DNA of 63,992 bases, counting the filler, from an uncultured bacterium (GTDB taxonomy: Bacteria; Auribacterota; CAZIXI01), in the NCBI GenBank assembly GCA_964543115.1. It is 3 parts of 3 records of this genome, joined end to end, with 100 filler letters (N's around TTAATTAATTAA, not from the genome) between each part and the next. Parts side by side here need not be neighbours in the genome. Positions count along the whole stretch, not along the records: positions 1 to 23,819 come from CAZIXI010000017.1; 2 more parts are not named here. The stretch is one strand, 5' to 3'. Under the pieces are notes generated by a model, which worked only from the letters and a program-made list of their open reading frames with translations, was not told the DNA's origin and searched no databases. Below are positions 1 to 9,645 of this stretch, piece after piece (position 1 is the stretch's first letter; each line of letters opens with the position of its first letter). A program made the position numbers and the translations under genes.

Positions 1-1064
1 AACTGAAGGCGGCCGTCTTCAGCATTGCCCACTGCTACCGTTCGATATTTTAATGAGACTGGATGCATGATCAGCGGCCGGGTAATGCGGTTATCAAACT
101 TCAGAATAGATTGATGAAACGGTGAATCCCCAACCCAACTGGTAAAATCAGCCAGTGCTATTTGCTTACCGGTTGCCACATTGACTAAATAACCTTTTCT
201 TACGGCAAAAAGTAAAAAGTTCCGGTCAGCTATAGTGACCCTATCATCTGCCTGAATGGGGTCAGAGACCATGATCCGCACGGAATCCTTCGCCCGATCA
301 CGATTGACTACGGCAAAAAACCCTCTAACATTGCGATGTCTTCGAGTTTCTAGATACGGATTTGGACTTTTTACGGTTTGACCGCCAAAAACCATCTCCG
401 GCCTAACCGGACAAGCAGGTTGCTGCTTAAGTTGTGAAACCATTAACTCAACACGTTCCTGCCGATTTGCCGCGTCTGCCTGAAGCGGAATCCCATCTAG
501 GGCATCTTCAAAATCATACCAGATATCCGCGTGATCTCTTAAATGAACTGTTTTTCCTTTAAACGAATCAAGCGGGCCCAGTATATAATATAAATGCTCA
601 TCCGCTAAACGATCACCAACTCTAACAAAGGTTAACATGCCACGGCGCACGCAGATAATGAATCTGTTATTGTTGTTGTCTTTATCAATTAGATCCATCC
701 TGTTGCAGAATTTCATATGCGTTGTATATTCTAACGCGGATAAATCGGCGGATTCCGTTAATCTTAGCATTGCCAATCTATCGGCTAAAAACCTCGGGAT
801 ACCAATGCGAACACCCCTAAACATCACATGCCGGGTTACTTTGTTTCCCAGGGCATCTTCTATTTTGCCCGCCTCTTCGGCAGACAAATATTTTAAATCA
901 AAGCGCGGCGGAGCAAGCGAAAAACGCGAGGGCCTGTCGAAAGCTAGACTGTATTCAGCAAAGAAACCGCAACAGCCAAATACTATTAATGGAATAATAA
1001 TAGAGGAAAGGTATTGTCGAAGATATTGCCGGATTTTTATCTTTGTATTTATCAATGAATACAT
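1..1064 (-). CDS. Exported protein of unknown function, 3'-truncated by the window edge (>=354 aa); absent from the supplied ORF track
   Basis: Hand translation gives a stop-free frame from ATG 1064 to the edge (MYSLINTKIKIRQYLRQYLSSIIIPLIVFGCCGFFAEYSLA|FDRPSRFSLAPPRF...). AGGGGG RBS upstream; basic N-terminus, hydrophobic core and SLA cleavage-like site. Confidence 0.85.
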   Translation of the reverse strand, partial: MYSLINTKIKIRQYLRQYLSSIIIPLIVFGCCGFFAEYSLAFDRPSRFSLAPPRFDLKYLSAEEAGKIEDALGNKVTRHVMFRGVRIGIPRFLADRLAMLRLTESADLSALEYTTHMKFCNRMDLIDKDNNNNRFIICVRRGMLTFVRVGDRLADEHLYYILGPLDSFKGKTVHLRDHADIWYDFEDALDGIPLQADAANRQERVELMVSQLKQQPACPVRPEMVFGGQTVKSPNPYLETRRHRNVRGFFAVVNRDRAKDSVRIMVSDPIQADDRVTIADRNFLLFAVRKGYLVNVATGKQIALADFTSWVGDSPFHQSILKFDNRITRPLIMHPVSLKYRTVAVGNAEDGRLQ

Positions 1065-1113
1065 TAAGCTGCCCCCTAGTAATACTTACACTACTTATTC
1101 ACATTTGTCAACT

Positions 1114-1162
1114 GCCCCAAGCAAAGCTTGGGGTTGCCATTGTATGAATGTATATAGACTGC
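1114..1162 (+). repeat. Degenerate copy of the 47-49 bp hairpin-plus-tail module
   Basis: GCCCCAAGC-AAA-GCTTGGGGT followed by TGCCATTGTATGAATGTATATAGACTGC; aligns with copies at 29118, 34870, 37490 and 44613. Confidence 0.75.
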
Positions 1163-1325
1163 CGCAAAAAGATATTATCCGGCACCGACCTTCCGCAAGC
1201 AATCCCATTAGCTGATGTCAGCGTAAATAACTTACTGATAAGTGATTACGACAATGCGATGGGGGGTTTCTTAGCCTATTTTAAGACAAGTGGTCTGACT
1301 GGTCACGGCTGGCGACCCGGATCCG

Positions 1326-1380
1326 GCGGCGTCCCAAGCTTCGCGGGGCTGCTAGTCCCAAGCTTCGCTTGGGACGCCGC
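1326..1380. repeat. GTCCCAAGC-TTC-GCTTGGGAC hairpin (1355-1375) with a partial second copy, enclosed by a GCGGCGTCCC/GGGACGCCGC inverted repeat
   Basis: Direct sequence; lies just downstream of the S8 protease stop codon. Confidence 0.8.
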
Positions 1381-1417
1381 CATATGCTTCCAACTGATAA
1401 AAGTAAGGTCCTTTTTT

Positions 1418-4400
1418 CTAAAGCTTAAAGCCGGGATGGGTGATTTTGCCTCCCGGAGACGGAGTAGTAGTAGTAACCGGCCGTATAATGCGTATTGTTG
1501 TTGTGGTTGTGTCTGTAAGGCTGCCGTCAGAGACCGTTAACATAACATGATATATTCCGGTCGCAGTGTATGAATGAGAAGTTACGGCATCGGTGGAGGT
1601 ATGGCCGTCGCCAAAATTCCAGCTGTAGGTTAAGGTATCTCCGTCATCATCAGTGGAAATCATAGCGTCAAATATGATCGGTACTCCCACATTTTCCAGC
1701 GATTTCAGAGGAACCATCGCTGCTACGGGTGCACGGTTATAGACGGTAATACTAAGAGTATCGGTAGTGTCGGTATAACCATCGCCAACCGTTACCTCTA
1801 CCGTATACGTCCCTTCCGCGGTGAACGCGTGGTCAACAGTCTCCGAGGTAGAGGTTGTGCCGTCGTCAAAGTCCCAGAGATAAGTTAAACTCTCTCCCTC
1901 GATATCATATGCTCCACTGTCAAAGGTGAGTGTGTCGTTTTTGTAAATTGTGCCTGAGGGCGAATAGCTGATGTCCAAGATAACCGGCAGGTTGAGCTCC
2001 AATTCCGCAATATCTATCCAGTCGGTGTATTCCGCGCTGAAATCGCCTGCCGGGCCGCCAAATACGCCGATATCCGCGTCTGTGCCGTCGGCGTCTGCCA
2101 GATCGGCGAGCGGAACTCCGGCGTCGACACAGGGGCTGGATGTGTTAAGTTCGTAGCCGGTTGTACCGCTGGTTGAAAAATCAGGATCATCTGTCAGATC
2201 ATAATATTCGTTTATCATGGTAGTAACGCTGACTTTATAGTAATCGTTAAAGACAGCATCGTTATCTTCCCCCGGCGCTCCGGCAAAGGCTTTGTTGCAA
2301 TTCTGCATGATATTACTATAGAAATATGTGCCGTCACTCATCCTTAGGGCCATTCTGGGCCCGTCAAAAATGTTATTGTAAATATAGATATCTTTATTTT
2401 CCGAGTAACAGGCGGTGTTGCCGGCTGTGGGATCGGAAAACACGTTGTTTCTGAGCGTGGTAATAACGTAATCTTCATCACGGTCCTGGTACACCCCGTA
2501 TTCATCGTCGTTGTTCAACTCCAGCAGGTTCCTCTGGATGATGACCCGGCAGGCGTTGGTCCAGATCAGGTATTCCGCCTCTTTCAGTGTAAAACCCTCG
2601 ATGTGCGTGTAATCAGCGTTATAATCATCATCGGCAGCGGAATTTATGTTGAAGATATATGTTTCCCCGCCGCCGTCAATAATGGTACTGTCCCACCCTT
2701 CGCCCACTATGGTCAGGGATTTGGTGATCTCCAGAGCGGATTCCGAATAGGTTCCGGCTCCCACATAAATTATATCTCCCGCGGCGGCGGCCTCGATCCC
2801 TTCGGCGATGGTGAGATAATCTCCGCTGCCGTCTTGCTCCACATAGATCGGGTCCGCGGTCCTGATGGTGACCGTTACCTCTGCCGGCGGGCTGGCTATC
2901 GCCTCAGTATTTTCCACTACCAGCGTTAATACGTATTCACCTTCCGCGTCCGGATCAAATGAAGCGATAGTGGTATCAGCGTCGGCAATGTCCGCAGAGG
3001 TCAGTGAACTGCTTGAGGGCACTGAGGTAAAGGACCATGTATATAGATCAATCGCTAAACCATCAGGGTCACTGGAAACGGTTTCACATTCATAAACGAT
3101 GATTTTCTTTCCTAACTGGGTGGCTACATCTCCCATTGTTCTGGCGGTGGGCAGAAAGAGTTTTCCTTCCGGGCCGCCGTAGGAACCGAGATTGTTGCGG
3201 GTGTCGTCTTTGTTATTATACTCGCTGTCCGGGTTGCCGGCGCAGCGTAATGTACTTTCCGCTAACAGCGCGAGATCATCATTACCATAGTAGCCGTCAT
3301 CAGTATAATCAATGAAGGCAGGATCCTCATAAAGCGTATTTGAACCAAAACTGTAGCCTGCCGCCGCATCGCCGGTGTTGTCATAATAATCATTGTAATC
3401 GGCGGTTATGGTTATCGAGCCGGTATAATCCAGGCCCTGGGTGTTGAATGCTATTATGTTATTATAAAGCGTACTATCCCCTTCCAGGTAAATACCGGTG
3501 GTGTTTTCCAAGATGGTATTGTTGACTATAGTCAGTTCTGAACCGCTGGACCCGTAAATACCTGTTTCATTGTTTGTTATATTGCAATTCTGTACTGTAA
3601 CGGCGGCGCCGGTATCGGCGATCACCGCCTGATTAAACCAGGCAAAATGAACTCCCTGCACAACACAGCCGTCTTCGAGCGTCAGACCAACGGCTGAAGT
3701 GCTGTCTTCCCCATCAATTACGGCCAGATCAGCCGATTCGCCTTTCAGGATAACGCCTTCCGGCAGGGTGATCCCGGTTTCATTATAGGTGCCGGCCTGC
3801 AGGAATATCGTATCTCCCGAGCGCGCCGCATCTGCCGCGTCGGCTAGAGTAGCATATTCCAGGGGCACCACCAGGGTCACCGGATCTGTGGTAACGCAGG
3901 CGGCAACGGAGAACGGCTGTACTCCTTCAGCGGTATCGATAAACGTACCGGTAACCGTTATTGTCCAATCGCCGTCTTCCGGATAGGGAACTACTATTTG
4001 TTCAAGATTATTATAGCTATCCGCCGCGTATGCGGCTATCGCCGTCGGATCTTCGGGATCGAGCGTTAAGGGTTCATAAACTTTTCCGGAAGGAGATTCC
4101 AGCGTCAGATCAAGATCATTGACCATGTAATTTATGGATCTCGATGATGGTGACCCGGCCGGATCATCCCAGGCAAGTAATATTTTCAGGCCGGTTACCG
4201 TGTCCCCGACAGCCGTAGAAGAAACATTATAGGTATCTTCCCAGCTGTCCCCGGCTGTGGTCATACTGCTGCCGTCTTCAAAGAAATCCCCGTCTATTAC
4301 GGTATTAACGGCAAGTTCGGCGTTTACCTTACCAAAACCAAATTTGTAATCCGGACCGTAATTTCCTAGATCGGTGGCTGTATTGGCAATAATCGCGCGG

Positions 4401-6016
4401 ATCGTTGAGGAGTAGCTGGGCGCAGCGCCGTAGGTAATGTCAAATTGCTCCAGTAATAAGGCGCAAATGCCGGCCACACACGGTGTGGACATAGATGTTC
4501 CGCTGTTTTCAAAGTAGGATGAATCCGAGTCGGTGAAGGTTGAAGTGATCTCATAACCCGGAGCCACCACGATCGGCGCGAGTGAATACTCCCATTTCGG
4601 CCCCCAACCGCTGAAACTTGTCATTTCATCATCATCGGTAATCGCCCCGACAATAATCACATTTTTCGCTTGCTGGCCGTTGCCATAGATACTCCCGTAA
4701 GGATCAACAGTCTTCCGATCGTTACCAGCTGACCAGGTGATAACAACATTATTATCTCTGCATAAAGTATCGATTATCGCACTGTTTGAACTATATGAAG
4801 GGTCACCTGATCCCCAGGAATTGCTGATAATATCACTATCGTAGATGGCGGGGTCAATAGCGTCTGTGAATTCATCTTCAAGCGTATCCGTACTCCCGCC
4901 CAGGTAATCATAACTATAACTGACAATATCACATTCAGTGGCCATCCCGGCATAGGTGCCGCCCGAGGCAGTACCATCACCGCCCAGCGTACCGGCGACA
5001 TGGGTGGCGTGATCATCATAATCGCCATCGGTTTCCGCAATGGTTATCCGGCCGGTTAAATCGTCGTGAGTCTCTAGGACGGCACCGCCGTCATAAACCA
5101 TGACAACAATATCGGTTCCGGTCAGGCCGGCGCCGCTTGGTCCATAAGAACCAGAACTGTCTGTTACCTCATCCACATTGGTGCTCTCGCGCGCGCCGTC
5201 ATTATTGGGTTTCGGCGGCGGCGGAAAGGCCTCGATATATTCCACCAGATCTGAGGACGCCAGATCTTCCAGTTTATTTACCGGGGTCACCACATCACAC
5301 GCATTTATGAGCCTGGAAAACCTCAGCACAACACCGCCTAAGCCGTTCACTAATTGTTCGAGCGCCTGTTTCGGTGTTGCCTGATCATAGATAAGAATAA
5401 GCTTGGCTTCGCCGGGCCTGATCTTTGCCCAGATGGGAACAGCGCCGCCGGCCAGGTAGATGTCCATTTTGTCCACCGGTTGCAGCTTGTTCAACCAGCG
5501 GATACTGCTTTCACTTTCCAGTTTCTCCAGCAGTTGGAGGTTGAAAGGCACATTAACAATAAATGCCTGATTATTAATTCTTTCTTTTACCGTAATATTA
5601 TTCGCATCACAAAAAGACAAAAAACTATCCGCATACCCCAGATAGGCCTGCACGATTAAATTAAGGGGAATCACTGATATGTTTTCTTCTGCCTGTTTCT
5701 TTAGTTTCCTGATCAGATTCGCGGGAATTCCCTCTTCCGGAATAGTTAAATATGAATACAGGGGAAGATAATAGGGATCTTTTCTGGTCTCTAGCGGCAC
5801 TTTTAATCTTTTTCTGGCTCCGGCTAATAGGGTTTCGATAAGCTTTTCATCTTCCAGGCTGAAATCCGGATAACCGGCATATTGTCTTTTTGCCTCGTCC
5901 CCTCTAATCGTTCCCGTGGCAAGTCCGGTTGGACTTGGTTTGTTGAAGGCAAAATAGCAAGTTATACCGGCTACGATTACAATTAGCGTTGCATAAAAAA
6001 TAAAACGTTTTTTCAT
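1418..6016 (-). CDS. Extracellular multidomain S8 (subtilisin-like) serine protease with two parallel beta-helix blocks, an Ig-like domain and two C-terminal PKD domains
   Basis: Catalytic motifs YDGG (Asp), HATHVAGT (His), AGND (oxyanion Asn), SGTSMS (Ser). PKD motifs YLWDFDDG and YSWNFGDG. Start moved to ATG 6016 (MKKRF..., GGAGGGG RBS, N-terminal hydrophobic anchor). Confidence 0.9.
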   Translation of the reverse strand: MKKRFIFYATLIVIVAGITCYFAFNKPSPTGLATGTIRGDEAKRQYAGYPDFSLEDEKLIETLLAGARKRLKVPLETRKDPYYLPLYSYLTIPEEGIPANLIRKLKKQAEENISVIPLNLIVQAYLGYADSFLSFCDANNITVKERINNQAFIVNVPFNLQLLEKLESESSIRWLNKLQPVDKMDIYLAGGAVPIWAKIRPGEAKLILIYDQATPKQALEQLVNGLGGVVLRFSRLINACDVVTPVNKLEDLASSDLVEYIEAFPPPPKPNNDGARESTNVDEVTDSSGSYGPSGAGLTGTDIVVMVYDGGAVLETHDDLTGRITIAETDGDYDDHATHVAGTLGGDGTASGGTYAGMATECDIVSYSYDYLGGSTDTLEDEFTDAIDPAIYDSDIISNSWGSGDPSYSSNSAIIDTLCRDNNVVITWSAGNDRKTVDPYGSIYGNGQQAKNVIIVGAITDDDEMTSFSGWGPKWEYSLAPIVVAPGYEITSTFTDSDSSYFENSGTSMSTPCVAGICALLLEQFDITYGAAPSYSSTIRAIIANTATDLGNYGPDYKFGFGKVNAELAVNTVIDGDFFEDGSSMTTAGDSWEDTYNVSSTAVGDTVTGLKILLAWDDPAGSPSSRSINYMVNDLDLTLESPSGKVYEPLTLDPEDPTAIAAYAADSYNNLEQIVVPYPEDGDWTITVTGTFIDTAEGVQPFSVAACVTTDPVTLVVPLEYATLADAADAARSGDTIFLQAGTYNETGITLPEGVILKGESADLAVIDGEDSTSAVGLTLEDGCVVQGVHFAWFNQAVIADTGAAVTVQNCNITNNETGIYGSSGSELTIVNNTILENTTGIYLEGDSTLYNNIIAFNTQGLDYTGSITITADYNDYYDNTGDAAAGYSFGSNTLYEDPAFIDYTDDGYYGNDDLALLAESTLRCAGNPDSEYNNKDDTRNNLGSYGGPEGKLFLPTARTMGDVATQLGKKIIVYECETVSSDPDGLAIDLYTWSFTSVPSSSSLTSADIADADTTIASFDPDAEGEYVLTLVVENTEAIASPPAEVTVTIRTADPIYVEQDGSGDYLTIAEGIEAAAAGDIIYVGAGTYSESALEITKSLTIVGEGWDSTIIDGGGETYIFNINSAADDDYNADYTHIEGFTLKEAEYLIWTNACRVIIQRNLLELNNDDEYGVYQDRDEDYVITTLRNNVFSDPTAGNTACYSENKDIYIYNNIFDGPRMALRMSDGTYFYSNIMQNCNKAFAGAPGEDNDAVFNDYYKVSVTTMINEYYDLTDDPDFSTSGTTGYELNTSSPCVDAGVPLADLADADGTDADIGVFGGPAGDFSAEYTDWIDIAELELNLPVILDISYSPSGTIYKNDTLTFDSGAYDIEGESLTYLWDFDDGTTSTSETVDHAFTAEGTYTVEVTVGDGYTDTTDTLSITVYNRAPVAAMVPLKSLENVGVPIIFDAMISTDDDGDTLTYSWNFGDGHTSTDAVTSHSYTATGIYHVMLTVSDGSLTDTTTTTIRIIRPVTTTTPSPGGKITHPGFKL

Positions 6017-6270
6017 CGTCCCCTCCGATAGTAAAATTTTGCCCAACAACCTTTGTTTTACGGGTCTAAAATATGCCTGAGAATTTATCCAGCAAATCCG
6101 ACCAGCCATATACCAGCAAGAATCATGCCGATTAGCCGGAGATTGTAACTATTTAGATACTAGCATGATACGAGATGTGCTCGTGTGCAGATCATGAAAT
6201 AATGTATCGAAACAGAACATCGGATTCCTTAAATATACGTTCAGCAAGCAAGCGGGCCGGAGTAGCAAGC

Positions 6271-6294
6271 GGGCCGGGACAAGCCCGGCCCTAC
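6271..6294 (-). repeat. GTAG-type REP element (GTAG-GGCCGGGC-TTGT-CCCGGCCC), preceded on + by a duplicated AGCAAGCGGGCCGG
   Basis: GTAG tetranucleotide at the foot of a GC-rich palindrome, the layout of GTAG-family REPs; intergenic between divergent genes. Confidence 0.65.
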
Positions 6295-6316
6295 TACTTT
6301 TTTTTTAGCCTACCCC

Positions 6317-6345
6317 TTGACAAAACGTGATATATCGTGTATATT
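6317..6345 (+). promoter_or_regulatory. Sigma70-type promoter for 6405..9605
   Basis: TTGACA-17 bp-TATATT, about 60 bp upstream of the ATG. Confidence 0.75.
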
Positions 6346-6404
6346 GATATGGTTATACTAAAATCTATTAACACTTAATTGATACCACGACGAAAGGCAA
6401 TTCT

Positions 6405-9400
6405 ATGCATTACGGACCTAAGCACCTCATTCATAAACCTTTTTGTGTTTTACTAATTATTGTTTTTATTAATCTGAATATCTCTTGTCTGCTCTCCGCG
6501 GCAACCTACCCCGTCTCTTATAAGCTGACCCCGCAATCTATTTTCGAAGAATTTATTGATATTTCGCGAGATCATTCCGCCGTTGTCTGCACTGAAGACA
6601 AACTGAAATTGCTGGAATCCAACGGACACTTCACAAAGGTCGCTACTACAAAAACAAGTAATTTCATTTTTGTGTCTTTTCGTTACAGTAATAATCCTGA
6701 TTCTTATCTGTACGCAATCATACCACTATTCGCAAAAAAAGATTTGTGGCGGGATATGTTCTGGCTCCAGCGTAAAGAAATACATGATTTTTTCCGTGAA
6801 CTTAATGTTGAGATATCTGCCGGCCAACTGATTCAGCTTGCCAGTCGCGCATGCATTTTAGTTAACGGCATCGATAAAGGGCTGACGGGATACCTGGATA
6901 CTTGTCTGGATCTATCTCAGGCTAAATTCAATGAAAGAGCACAACAGTATGAGTCCGGAAAGAATTATTCCCCAGAACAAAACAGGCTCGATCACCCGGG
7001 ATACAGCCATAACGAATTATTCAGCTGGATTTATTACCTTGAAAGTCAAATCCTTGCCGGAATAGCCGCGAGGAACCCCAAACAAACTACCGTATTAGAG
7101 TTGGGCAGCGCGTTTGGAAATCCGATTTTCACGAAGGCGGAATTACTCAAGGGGAAAAACATCAGCTATCTCGGTGTGGACAAACAAAAAACCATTGTTA
7201 ACGCGGCCGGAAGATATGCCGCCAGGAAAGGATTAGATAATGCTGAGTTTGCGGTTACTGATTTGACGCAGGATGGCTGGCGGGATTCTATCCTGGCCAA
7301 AAATGACGGAGAGAGATTCGATTTTGTCGCCAGCAGTCATTTACTGGAACATCTATCTGCCGATCCCCTGGAAAACATTCTAGCATGGTTGAGTGTTACT
7401 AAACGCGTATTGATCGTATCTGTCCCACTAGAGAAACAAGCCTCCGGCGTTTCCGATCATGTGACCACTTTTAATCCAACGATTTTACGCGGTCTTGCCA
7501 ATCGCATTGCCGAAAAGACCAATAACCGGTTTCTGGTGGATTGCAGCCAGATCGATAGCGGGGTATTAATAATTCGCAGCATTGAAGAGGCGATCGCCGC
7601 ATATGAGAGCCTTTTACCGGCAGATCAGGTTCAACTCAGATTTGCTCTCGGGGAAATGCTTGTTTATTCCTATTTTGACAAGACAGCTGAAGTCGTTTCT
7701 GCCGTTGAAACTGTAATCGATTGTAAAAGAAACGGATTGGAAGCGGTAACGGCTGCCGTAATTTTGAGAGAATTGTTGTTACAGCCGATGGCCAGTTCAT
7801 GGTGGTTGATGCGGAACCTGAAAACTAAACACGGCATTGAAATCACCGTGCCGGAATTGACCGGTTATTATGAATCTTTCCAAAACAACAGGGTCATTCA
7901 GGATATAATTCGTTTCAACAGTTCGGCGTCTAAAGTTGTGGCCCTGGCCCGCGGTGTATTATTAAAAAAGAAATCAACCACATATTATTTTGATGTACAA
8001 ACCACGGATGCCTGCCCCTGCAAGTGCCGGAAATGCTGGCGCTGGTACATAAATGAACAGGGAAAACCGGCATTACTTCCCCGGCACGCCCCGCCCGGAT
8101 TGGCGAAACCGGGATATGAAGATTTTCGCCGGGTACTGCACCAGGCAATTGATATGGGGGTGGGATCGATAACCAGTACGGGCGGCGGTGAGCCATTCAT
8201 GAATCGCCGGCTGCCGGAACTACTTGCCGACGCAAAGGCTTACGCCAGGGAACAGGGAAGAGAATTGCGTGTCTTTGTCCCGTCTTCGGGTTTAGGAATC
8301 GTCTACAGGGATGAAGCAAAACTCAGACTTATTGTAGAAAACGTTGATCTATTAAGATTCAGTTTTGATAGTTTTGACGCGGATTTTCTCATGCAAAGCC
8401 ACGGCATCAAAATGAAACAATACAATGAGATGTTAGGCAATATAAAAAGGGTCGCGGCTTTACGCGATGAAGCGGGATCGAAAATTGACATAGAAGTCTT
8501 GATCCTTATGTACGGCAACAGTTATGAGCACGCCGAAAAGACGGTTGAAACCGCAAAAAAACTGGGCGCGACCAGAGTTTTATTTAACAGCATTACCGGA
8601 AATGATGACGTAAAGCCGGACGCGGAAGAAGTTGCCGCGGGGGCGGAGGTGATTCGCAGGATATATGAAAGAGCGGCCCGCGGCGAGTTTTTGCCGATGC
8701 AGATTGATTTTGATCCTGTGCTTTTGGGTGGTTACAGTCAAATGCCGTTAGTCGATGCCGACAACATGGAGCGTCCCTTGGGAAATATCCGTTACTGCAT
8801 GAAAAATGTATTCGGGCTGACTCCGGTTATCACGGCTGACGGGACCTTTCATGTATGCTTTCCCTGTTCCCAACCGAATATCGCAAATGAAGAGCAGATC
8901 TTTAAAATAGGAAATATCATGGAATCCTCTTTACAGGAATTAGTGGATAAGATGCGTGCCGAATACCGGGATATTGACCCTGAAAAAGACTGTATCCATG
9001 ATTGCCGGGATATCCCCTACTTTAACGGCGTCCTCCGAAAAGTTATTGATGATTTAGCGCTGGGGATCCCGGTAACAGCCCAGCCGTTCCTTGACAGAAC
9101 AATGCAGGCAGCAACTTTTCATCATTCTATGCACGATGAAAGGATTCTGGAAGAAGAAGAAATAGAAGCGGTACAAGAAATCGCTGAGGCAACAGAGTCC
9201 GTGCAAAATGACCAAAGGGCTGATTTTGAAAAGTTTATCGAAGCAATTGAAAATGGCCGGCTGCCTATTGATTACACTGCCTTAACAGAAAACAATCCCG
9301 CGCAATTACTCTCCCGCTATGAAACAGGAAATATATTTGATATTCATATAATTAAAATAGATTCGGGATATTTTATCTTTTCATATGATCTAGGATTAAT

Positions 9401-9605
9401 CTACAGCCCGGCAAGAAAAGAATACAATCGCTTAAAAAAAGACTTAACCAAATTACCACCGGCAACACAGCGGTTCTTCGCTCGATTATTGGAAATGAAG
9501 GAAGCAGGGAGTATATTTTTCCTGGACAATATCCCTCTAGGCAGTACAACGTTCCGAACAGAAGTATCTGCACCCGAAGAAAGCCCTCTCTCGGTAAGTC
9601 TTTAA
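6405..9605 (+). CDS. Signal-peptide protein fusing a class I SAM methyltransferase domain and a radical SAM (SPASM/twitch-like) domain
   Basis: VLELGSAFG, YLGVD, FAVTDL and FDFVASSHLLEHL (class I MTase). CPCKCRKC (CxxxCxxC), TGGGEPF, and C-terminal YC...ITADGTFHVC..C...GNI...C...C (auxiliary-cluster-like cysteines). Confidence 0.85.
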   Translation: MHYGPKHLIHKPFCVLLIIVFINLNISCLLSAATYPVSYKLTPQSIFEEFIDISRDHSAVVCTEDKLKLLESNGHFTKVATTKTSNFIFVSFRYSNNPDSYLYAIIPLFAKKDLWRDMFWLQRKEIHDFFRELNVEISAGQLIQLASRACILVNGIDKGLTGYLDTCLDLSQAKFNERAQQYESGKNYSPEQNRLDHPGYSHNELFSWIYYLESQILAGIAARNPKQTTVLELGSAFGNPIFTKAELLKGKNISYLGVDKQKTIVNAAGRYAARKGLDNAEFAVTDLTQDGWRDSILAKNDGERFDFVASSHLLEHLSADPLENILAWLSVTKRVLIVSVPLEKQASGVSDHVTTFNPTILRGLANRIAEKTNNRFLVDCSQIDSGVLIIRSIEEAIAAYESLLPADQVQLRFALGEMLVYSYFDKTAEVVSAVETVIDCKRNGLEAVTAAVILRELLLQPMASSWWLMRNLKTKHGIEITVPELTGYYESFQNNRVIQDIIRFNSSASKVVALARGVLLKKKSTTYYFDVQTTDACPCKCRKCWRWYINEQGKPALLPRHAPPGLAKPGYEDFRRVLHQAIDMGVGSITSTGGGEPFMNRRLPELLADAKAYAREQGRELRVFVPSSGLGIVYRDEAKLRLIVENVDLLRFSFDSFDADFLMQSHGIKMKQYNEMLGNIKRVAALRDEAGSKIDIEVLILMYGNSYEHAEKTVETAKKLGATRVLFNSITGNDDVKPDAEEVAAGAEVIRRIYERAARGEFLPMQIDFDPVLLGGYSQMPLVDADNMERPLGNIRYCMKNVFGLTPVITADGTFHVCFPCSQPNIANEEQIFKIGNIMESSLQELVDKMRAEYRDIDPEKDCIHDCRDIPYFNGVLRKVIDDLALGIPVTAQPFLDRTMQAATFHHSMHDERILEEEEIEAVQEIAEATESVQNDQRADFEKFIEAIENGRLPIDYTALTENNPAQLLSRYETGNIFDIHIIKIDSGYFIFSYDLGLIYSPARKEYNRLKKDLTKLPPATQRFFARLLEMKEAGSIFFLDNIPLGSTTFRTEVSAPEESPLSVSL

Positions 9606-9645
9606 AAATGAAAAAAGCCGGCTCCTAGTTGCCCCCAATCTTTCA

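Noticed and set aside
1222..1250. Imperfect palindrome CGTAAATAACTTA-CTGA-TAAGTGATTACG as a dif or attC site
   Set aside because: It does not match the XerC/XerD 11-6-11 layout or attC R-box ends, occurs once, and no integrase is nearby.
637..1540. + strand ORFs 637..1215 and 1148..1540
   Set aside because: They overlap the better-supported minus-strand genes and the repeat elements in antisense, and have no recognisable motifs.
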